DNA of 64,000 nt from Nymphaea colorata (lineage: Eukaryota): the NCBI RefSeq assembly GCF_008831285.2, contig NC_045138.2, forward strand, positions 22,444,001 through 22,508,000, in the 5' to 3' direction. Of this stretch, positions 50,564-64,000 are shown piece after piece; within the stretch, counting starts at the first letter, position 1; each line of letters starts with the position of its first letter. The notes beneath the pieces are model-generated. The model had not been told where the DNA came from. It saw nothing but the letters and a program-made list of their open reading frames with translations, and searched no databases. A program made the position numbers and the translations under genes.

Positions 50564-53500
50564 GTGGCCAAACACCTGCCTGGATCAAGATGAGCAACAA
50601 CTTTTGATCTTTGAAGTGGAAATACTCTTTAAAAAATTCACGAAAATAATTTCATTGATCAACTGCAGTAGTAAAGAGTTTGAAGCAGTTGAGAACCGTG
50701 GAGGTAATCATCTACGTTGCATTTTGATGAAAGAAAATGATGTCCTATGAATTCACACCAGTTTTCGGAACCTGGTTTATGTGGTTGGATGGTAACTGGT
50801 AAAACAAAAACTATGTTTTCACCTTTTGACTTATTGTATTGATACAAAAATGAGCTTATTATTATTGAAACCTGGGGGAGTAAAGCCCAGATTTTTGATG
50901 AAAAACCTTATTGGGAAGTGGGGAGCCAGTTTTTCACGCATCTTTGGAAAATTAGTTCTTTTAAAACTAGATTTATGGCAAATCCAATTTTGATGTGTAA
51001 AATAGCATTTTGGAGGCAAAACAGCACACCATGTAAGCCCTTGAAAAGGGCAACACATGCAAAGTCTTGCCTAAGGAGCACCACCATCATCCACTCCATG
51101 CGTCGACTTTTTCTATCTAAGGAGCACCACCACCATCCACTCCATGCGTAGACTTTTTCTATCTAAGTCTTACAGTGGGCATTTGGTGGTCTTCGAACTG
51201 AGATCCAATGTGATTTGAGATAATTGGGAATCTCAGATCTCCAGATCAAATGTGGGGCCTCCTTCCCATCTGACTTCCAATATGAGGTTCAGGCCATAAA
51301 CAGAGGATCTCGAATCCTCTTTTCATAGTGATACAATCTTTTGTTTGTTTATACTATATGTCCTACATAAAAGGAATCTTCAATCAACCTCAGATCTAAA
51401 ATCAGAAGCTATCAAACAAATGCTCACATTGATCATCTGACAAAACATCAAAGAAAAACAAGACATTATTGTTAAATCCTAGCAATAAATTAAACAGGCC
51501 AGGCTAGTAAGGCCGATTTGATACGGCTGATGCAATGAATTTGCTTTGATCTGGATGATTCACACCTATAAACCAATCATGCCTTGAGGGGCATAGCATA
51601 GCTGGTAGAATTTGTGGGGCAATAAAAGTTTAATCGTTCGTTTGATTCTTAAAAGCACTATTCCTCTGGATTGCGAACAGTGGATCCACGACACTCTATT
51701 TGATGAGTGTATCCTCTACTTAGATCCCGAAGCAGCCCTATACTCTGAGGGCACAGGAAATGATGGAAGGGCTTCGACCTCTTTGTGTATCTCTCCACCT
51801 ACAAACTTACCAATTAGGAGGACTTTAGCAAGGATTTCTCTGAAATTTTTCCATTAGTACGGTCTACTTCTTACATGCATTCTGGAGGACGTCTTGATCA
51901 ACAGGATCTGATTGCCAACCTGAAACCAGCAGATGTAGCACGTCAAAATGGACCCAAATCATAATCTAGCAACTCTGATTTAGTATATGGTTCAGGTGCT
52001 TGAATCTAAATCTGAGTGGGAAGTCCAATATTAATGAGACCGTGGCCAAACACTGGCAAGGATCAAGATGAGCAACAACATTTGATCTTTGAAGTGGCAA
52101 TACTCTTTAAAAAAAAAGATGAAGATAATCTCATGGAACAACTGCAGCAGTAAAGTGTTTGAAGCTGTTGAGAACCGTGGAAGTAATCTTCTATGTTGCA
52201 TTTTGATGAAACTATGAAAAATGATGTTTTATGAAAACCACATTTTTAACCAGTTTCTGAAAAACCTGGTTTATGTGTTTGAGTGTCAAAACAAAATCTA
52301 CGTTTACACTTTTTGAAACTTGTTTATTGTATAGACATATGAATAAGTTGACGTAGTAAATCCATTGTTATTATGAAAACCCGAGGTGTAAAACCCACTT
52401 TTTTGTGAAACAACTTTAGGGGGAGCTGCAGTTCCGTTAAAAACTAGATTTATAACAAACCCAATTTTGAAATTGTCAATCCAATTTTGGAATCACCTCA
52501 GTATTTCTAAAATGGCATTTTAGAGGCAAAGCAGCACGCCATGCCACCCAAACAGCCCTTAAAAATGGCAACACATGCAAAGTTTTGCATTGTTAGCAGC
52601 ATCATCATCCACTCAATGAGTAGCTTCGACTTATATTGGGCGTTTGATAATCTTAGATGTCAGACCCGAGGCCATTTGAGATCATTAGGATTATCAGATC
52701 TGTAAATATGAGGTTTTAATCATGAACCGAAAATCTCAAATCCTTTTTTTCACATGGTTGTGGAATTCAATGTTTGTTTATAATCATCTTTTTCACCGGT
52801 TTAGATCCTACAACGGAGACAACAAAGGTTATTGAGGCTCTCATACCAGGGAAGGTAGGCAATCGTCACCGGTACATGCTATGCCGGTGATAATCATCAC
52901 TAGTAATACCGATGCTATAGCGGTCACTGCACCGGCGTTAATTGTCAGGGTTTATATATCAACAGTAGTAATACGGGTGAAAGAAAACACCGGTTTAAGC
53001 TTTTTTTTTTTTATTATTATTATACATCGTAGATCTAAGGTCAGAAGCTATCAATAACACGCTTAAATATTGGGGGCATGATACGCTCTTACATGGATTA
53101 CCCAACAAAATACTATAGTAAACAAACTTGTGTATATACTAGTGCATGAATTTTTGTATGCGGAGTATGGTTAATGATTAAAATACCCTTGGTTCACATT
53201 AAAAAAAAAAACTTTTTGTAAAAACAAAATTGAAAATAAAAAAAATTATGAAAGACATTTTTCTAATAAATTATCAAAATGTTGTTCCGTTCTTTATTGC
53301 ATATCTCCAAAGGAAAGGATTAAACTATGCAGAAATCTGTTTGAAAAATGGTAGGTAACGAGAGCACTTCAATGAAGAATGTGGTCACGCTTTAAAACAA
53401 ACAACAAATCCCGAAAGGACATTCTAACCAATGGAGTGACCTATCATTAGAAAAAGTCAAAAATTATGTAGTTTTTTTTCTCCAAGGTGGGATCGTCCAT

Positions 53501-53707
53501 ACTTAATAAGACCAAAGAAAAAACAGTCATTATTGTTAAATCCTAGCAATCACTAGACAGGAAGGGGCCGTTTGGCAATGGTAACAAATTGTTATTGTCT
53601 ATGAAATGTAAGGGCCGATGCAATGGATTTGCCTTTACCCGGACGAACGACACCTACAAACCTACCAATTAGGACATTATCAAGGACGTCTCCAACAATT
53701 TTCCATT
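50564..53707. repeat. Local tandem segmental duplication (copy A 50564-~51856, copy B 52042-~53707)
   Basis: Both copies start GTGGCCAAACAC...GGATCAAGATGAGCAACAAC.TTTGATCTTTGAAGTGG and end ACCTACAAAC.TACCAATTAGGA...TTTTCCATT; collinear shared blocks in between. Confidence 0.85.
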
Positions 53708-56221
53708 GGCTACATCATCTAGTTCAGGCACAGTTTCAAAATTTAACGTCCAAATTTGAAATCCTAGTTCGGTTATGATTAAGAAATATCTGATCAAATT
53801 GGATATGAGAACAACGGATTCGATCCAAATATGAACCTACTTTTAGGGCCTATTCATATTTTGGCTTATGCAGGGAGCGCTATTTGCTTTGAACTGTAAA
53901 TGCTTTTATGATGACTAAAGCCCACACCTTGTGCACCAAACCCCCTTGTGTCGGTTTGGAAGGTTCTCACCAAACTTTTGTGTTGACAGGTTCTACTTGC
54001 CCTATTGATCGATAGACAGACTGCATACCGAAGGCATCTCTGGGCCATCTTCTGTCGAACATGCTTTCACCCATGAGAAACAATGGAGCCTTTTCGTGGG
54101 AAAGGGTACTCCCTTCTCCTGCATCGAACGGGCGTAGACGGGCGAAAGGATCAAGTCAGGAAGCCAGATGCTCAAGCAATCATCAAGCAGGACACACTCT
54201 GTTGGTTCCATGTGACATAGAGCATGCTCTTCACAAGTTTTTTCTTTCTTCTCTTTTTCTTTGCTGTTCTTTTTTTTGTTGTGGGGTGACGATGACTTTA
54301 AACTTTTCCAAAACAGACCAAGTAAATTGCTGACACCATGAGAGAGAAGGAAGAGGGTACCAAGGGCTTGATTGAGGATCTTCACCTCTGAACATCCATC
54401 CGTTACAACTCACCGATGACTACCTGTTTAATGCTATACTTTGGAAAGCTTAGTCTCGTGTAATTATGAGAAATCTTCAAGAACTTATATTAGATGTGGT
54501 TGTTAAATGGTTAGCTGTCTTGGGTAAGACTGCAACCAAAACTATTAGAGATGGTTGGGACCCAGTGTGAGATGAGCCGCATTGTTACAGTAATATTGGA
54601 CCTGGTTTAACACTTAGACTTAGGGTCTTATACATGTTATACATGTTGCAATGTCACGTTTTGAAAATTTTAGTCTCACATCTAGCCTCACATCTAAAAT
54701 TATGAGGAATTTTGATGGACTTATAAAGTTGTTAAATGGTTGATTGTGGTTGTTTATAGACTTTTTAAGGTTGGTATTATTATTATTAGGGGGTGGGCCA
54801 GGATCCGCCAGACCGAGGCCTTGAACCTAGTGTGGAAGTAGGCTAGGTTGTCATAACAATGTCGTAGCTTGATTGGTAGAACCCAAACCACCTCTTAACA
54901 GCTTGGGTTTCAGCTCTAAAAAGATTACAATCATTAAGTAACCCCCTTATAAATTTCGTAACATTTCTCACCATCTTACATATAGCATTAAACTTTTTAA
55001 ATTGAGACATTCAATTCACTCCTTTTAAGGCGCATGCACATGCGTTACAACCAACCTGTACCCCACTTATGGTGACTGGTGGACACTACTCTTCTATTTG
55101 AAACTATTATATGAACGACAGCAACAAAGCAACCTATGGTGAGTCTCAAGTACTGTTAGGCCCACCAACGACAAAAAAAAATGTTTTCATAGGCCAAAGA
55201 AAGAATTCGACGCTCTATTGAGTTGCTTAAATCCTCTCTCCTATAGTAAATGCTGTTTATTGCAATAACAAGGCCAAAACCGCTCAATCATCCTCTCCTT
55301 GAAAACTTGTACTTACTGGCAAATGTTCCCTTTTCACAAGGTCTTCAGTTCTGCAGAAGCCACAGTTCTCTAGTTATTTAATTCATTGAAATGGATACCA
55401 TTTAGTTCTTTTATTGCTTCGCCAATCCACAGATTTCTATTTCGCAAAGTGGGATTCATTCGTTCCCCATGGCAGAGAGTCGTCTCCATTGAATTCGTCT
55501 TTTCCATTCCCTTTTTCTCAGCCACTGGTATATTATTTGACGCCATGATGGCATGTGGCTTCAATTTGAGAACTGGACGGCTTTTGTGTTCTTCACGAAA
55601 GAGAGTCAGCCTGATTACAAGGAAGCTTTTTTCCGCATTCTTGCCGAATTAAGCTAATACGGGCCCCTTCCGTTAACTTTCAAGCTAGGGAAAGTTGCTT
55701 TGCTTTCCAGTTTTCTAACAACTTGCTTTCTTCTGCTGTTGCGAGACATGGGAAAAGTTTTACAGAAAACTAAAGGACACAGTTTATGGACGTCAAATAT
55801 TTCCTGCTATAAAATGATTTTTAACAATTCCCGGAGAAGTGACAGAGCATGCGTTTTGAAACATGGGCTCTGCGGCAAAAGGACACAGAATTTTAAATTG
55901 TCAACCCATTAAAGGTTCAGATAGCCTTTATTTTTCTACTAAAACTTTATTGGAAGACAAAGAATTACTCATGACAAGGCCTTTATCCTTCTGCAAAAAA
56001 CTAAACAAAATAGAAAAGTATGAAAGATACAGCAATATATTTCTGAAACAACGAAATTGAATGCCTTGTCAGTGGTTTACACCAAACGAAAATTTTGAAG
56101 TATTCAGACTGTCAATTTTCTTCTAGCACAGATTTGACAATATCAGAAGCAAAGAATTGCCTTAAATGCTTACAAGTAATACTTGATGTGATCTCTGCTA
56201 TGTAATGTGTTTTTTCAATCT

Positions 56222-59937
<3,716 letters not shown>

Positions 59938-60684
59938 TGTTCTGTACACGGGGGGAGAGAAAGAGAGAGAGACGGGGGAAAAGGGGGAGTTGGTGAGGAA
60001 GAGTGGAAGGCAAGCAGAGTGATGTTTCTTGTAGGCAAACGACGAGAGTGGGAGGGGACGGTTCAGTCTTCAGGTACGTTTATATGTATGAGAAAAGGGC
60101 GTATGGAGTCTTAATGAGTCGCAGGGAACAAGAGGAAAACGGGCAACGGAGTGACATATAGCATGCGCAGTCATTCCCGCTTCCTTACTTTAAGAAAAGG
60201 AGATTTAGGACGGGATGTTCCAGGCAGTCTTGGTTCCCACCAAATCCGGGTGAGTTCGTTATCGGCATTGACTGACCCCCAACATCAATGAAGTCCCTGA
60301 ACATTAACTCTCTCCCTCCCTCTCTTTCCTGGACTGGTAGCATTTATTCGTCTATGCTGTGTATTTTTTCTGCCATTAATGTAAAAACATCCGGCATTTC
60401 AAGGCACAATGAACATAGCAGAGTCGAGACCATGTGAAAACATCAAAACAAATGGGCAAATCTAAAAAAGGGATAATGACATTCTCAAATATTGCATCTG
60501 CAAATGTGGTACATAAAGAAACTTTGATGCATGATCTAGATAAAAGACTGCTCCTGCATTGATCTATAGCGCTTTATGTAGATTGCTGCTGGCTGTAAAT
60601 ATTTGCAGGTGCAGTATTTCATATGTAAATTTCTATGTAGCTTGCTGCTTGCTGTAAATTCATATAGTATTGTCAAGATTGTGC

Positions 60685-60725
<41 letters not shown>

Positions 60726-60972
60726 TCTCTTGTACCACAAGGGTCAACACAAGGTAGAGAAACCTCAGTGCAGTCATTGCAGCTTCGTGTGAGATTGTTT
60801 TGTCATATTTGCTCAGGTGGAGATTGGTGGGGTTCACAAAGTTTTTACCACAAAATTTTTATACTATCGAAAAGGTAAAAATAAGAACGACAGGTTGAAA
60901 GTTTAGTACAATTTGGTTAGAGAAGGTTGCCTCCCTTTATACTTGATCCTGCTTTTGGTCATTCAACTCTAA

Positions 60973-61123
60973 GGGGCACTTTACATTAGCGATAGTATGT
61001 GAATGTTTCATAAATCTACTTTAAAATTGGAGTATATTTATGTGATACTTGTTCAAGTATTTTATAAATCTAAAAATTGAGATTCGTGGAAAATTCACAC
61101 TTTTTTCTATTGCCAAGCGGCCC
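60973..61123. mobile_element. Tourist (PIF/Harbinger)-type MITE
   Basis: TAA TSD on both sides; termini GGGGCACTT / AAGCGGCCC; internal inverted GTGAATGTTTCATAAATC / GATTCGTGGAAAATTCAC. Confidence 0.6.
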
Positions 61124-62414
61124 TAAATCTAACAAGTGGCCAAAAACATTGTTTAGGATGATTAAGACCATCTCTGTGACAAAGTGCATAAGAGTTAATT
61201 GGTGGATTATTGAAAGCCCGCAATTTGTGGGACTGACTGTCTAAATGAAAGTAGATTTCCAATTCACATTAAGCAGCAAAAGTCTCACACATGAGTTCAG
61301 AGCCAACTGAACTCAAATCCTTATATCTGAAATCCTCAATGATCATAAATCACTAAGGGCAAAGTTAAGGGAGGCTAGGGACGAAATGAAGGGACGCTGG
61401 GAGGCACCATATTCCCCAACCCCCACCCTCCGGATGCGAGTTTTCAAAATTAAAATTGACTATAAACATTGCATGATTCACTTGGCCCTTATAGAAATCA
61501 TATGGTCCCCTAAGAAAACCCTATCCCAATATAGCCTCAATATTTTCGAACATTAATGCTCTAAAAAATTCACCTATACATTTTTGGGGCGTGTATGGAT
61601 TGGATGGACAAAAACTCTATCCATCATCATTCTATTCATCCCCAAGATAGTTAGCAATATCTCTCTCTCATTATATATATATATATATATATATTATATC
61701 GGAAATTTTCTATTGGTAGTTGCGTGAGTTTTGTCTAAGCATAAAAAGGAATGAGTTAGATGTGCTTGTGGTTCCTTGCACGCGTTATTACAAACATGAC
61801 AATTAGTGTCTTATGTATATTTTAATATGGCCAACAACAAAATGCAAGTTATGGGGTTAAGAGATAAAGAAAGAAAAAAGAGGGCCAGGAGAGGTTTTTT
61901 TCTAGCGATGGTAAGTTGTTCGGTAATGTAACTGTGAAGAAGAAGAAGAATGTTGGTCACGTTGGGAGCACTGCCTTCACATGAATGCAAGCCTGAGGGA
62001 GTAAAAATATAAAAGGGCTCGTGGCCTGTCGGATCAAGAGATCTCTGTAACCTGCCAATTATTTCCTTGCCTTTTTCGCCTTCTGATTAGCGTGAGGGGA
62101 AAGGAGCCAGCTTGTCTTTTTTTGTCACTTTGCCATGAAGTGGGGATGGAATCGCGCTTCCCCGGAAAGAGGCCGGGTTGCCTGGGTCATGCCGATCCAA
62201 TACTTTTATTTTTACCCATTTCTCTGTCTTCTGCAGATTTGCAGGGTCAGGAAAAACTTTTTTCTTGAAGATTGCCCAATTGTTTATAAACCGTGAAGAG
62301 GCATTGGTCTTGCTCCACTGGATCTATTCGGACCACTGACCGGAAACATTTTTTTAGCGTTATTTTTTATATTTCAAAAAGACTTGTTCCTCTTCTTTCG
62401 TTCAAATCTCTTTA

Positions 62415-62800
62415 TGGCCTGTTTGTTTTGATGGAGCTAAAAGACAGGAAGGAAGGAAGGAAAGGGAGGAATGAAAAGGAAAGAAAATGAAAAGATGGGG
62501 AAGAGAATGAGGAGAGAAAAGAAAATGGAAGAAAAGGGATGATAATAATAAAGCTTATTTGGATATGAACGAAATGAAAAGAAATGGACAACCCTTTTCC
62601 TTTCCATCTCCATCCCTCCAATTTTTGAGAAAAGGGATTGAATTTACATTAAGTTATTTTTTCATTTTCATTCTTTTCGTTTCTTTTTCATTGCAACTAA
62701 ACATGTTTTTTTTCTCATTTCCTTTTCTTCCTTGTTACTTCAACAACCAACCATATGATTGACTACCTTTCCCTCTTTTTCCCTCCATCCAAACCTGCCC
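62415..62800. mobile_element. Tourist (PIF/Harbinger)-type MITE
   Basis: TTA TSD on both sides; termini TGGCCTGTTTG...GATGGAG / CTCCATCCAAACCTGCCC; purine-rich left arm complementary to pyrimidine-rich right arm. Confidence 0.7.
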
Positions 62801-64000
62801 TTATTTTCCACATTCTGCTCACACCATTAGTAAGAGCTCTATTCATTCTCTTGGTAGTTAAGTAGGTTCGTTTTTGGGTGAACATGAGAGACTCATCGTT
62901 CTGTAGAGAGCCAAAGTTTTCATTCAATTCCTTCTCTTGTCCTTAGTATACATGCTTTGCTTTTACTATCTTAGGATGCCACCATTGCTGTGCTTTATAA
63001 CTTGTGCATGAGTGACCCTTGTTATAGTACAAGAAGAGATTAATGCTCTTGACATTCGGAAATGAAAACAGGCCGCCTACCAGCCCCCACTCCAAGCTGT
63101 TGAGCCGACCTCCACAGGACAAACAGATCACTTAAAAGACTTTTGAATAGCTCTTACTTTTCCTAGTACAGGTTTTTTCACCAGGCTGAGAGCCAAAGAA
63201 AAGTCTCTTCAAATAAAATAAAGGATTTGTTTCCCGTATGTGACGGCTTTCAAGTTGGCCTTACATGATGCATAAATAAAGGCTGCTTCTAACTTGCTTC
63301 TAACTTGACTTAGGGGGTCAGCTGCACCTTCAGTACATGATACATATTCTGGCCTAGCCCAAACTTGTCAGGATCAGTTTAAAATCAAGTCGACCGAGCT
63401 GCAGATTCGATGGTTCGTCTGATTTGTGAGCCAGAAAAAAAAAATTATAATATTTTTTTAAGGTTAGTATTAATATTTATAAAACAATTGGAAATAAGAA
63501 ATTTTTTTTGGATACGTTAAAAACACAATTAAAGAAAACGTATGGCACCCTTGAATTGGCTATCTAATCCAATTATTGGCACCATGTTAATCTGAATTAC
63601 TGGACTCAAGACTAGGTTGATAACGCACCTAGGAACCGTGAATTCACGAGTTCTCAATGCAGATCTGGCGAGGAAGGTTCTCTCCGGCTCACCTGAAAAA
63701 CTCTCGCCTGTAACTCTTACTCTTGCTAGCTTTTAGTATTAAATTATCAACGAACAGAAAAGCATGTCTCGCTTCCAAGATTTCTTTTCATAATGAACTC
63801 TTGGCGACCCTTCTACGTTTTGTTAAGTACCTGCCTATGAGACATATCTAGAGGCCTCCAGTGGATGGTCTACAGTTAAACTATACCATTGGTATGGGCT
63901 TCAAAGATCTACGTCCAACCTTTCCTCCTGCTGGTGAAAAACAAGGAGCTGACACCAACCAAGATTTATCGGTCAAGGCCACGCCATCCTCACAGAGGAA

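Noticed and set aside
54430..55030. Possible solo-LTR/TRIM remnants
   Set aside because: Some LTR-like motifs, but no paired LTR, PBS, PPT or TSD could be fixed.

Overview
Flowering-plant nuclear DNA (spliced genes, Ty1/copia elements, MITEs, (TA)n/(GA)n tracts); the species cannot be determined from the sequence. There are two intact multi-exon genes, both on the minus strand: a large SBP-box transcription factor of the SPL1/12/14/16 type (10 coding exons, 7357-11887, ~1096 aa) and a secreted subtilase (11 exons, 56222-59937, ~764 aa). Between them lie two full-length but disabled Ty1/copia retrotransposons, a degenerate CACTA TnpA-like gene, an old copia RT/RNaseH relic, a tRNA-derived SINE, several hAT/Tourist/Mutator-type MITEs, minisatellites and a local ~1.3 kb tandem duplication. 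I see no clearly new protein-coding system. The most interesting signals are non-coding. First, two GC/CpG-rich islands flank the SPL gene, carry CGTAC (SBP-binding) sites (a dense cluster in the upstream island) and share several longer motifs, suggesting a possible SPL feedback module. Second, one copia has non-canonical TG...CT termini. Third, the other copia's target-site duplication is displaced by a 42-bp LTR-like stub. All coordinates, counts and alignments were made by eye.
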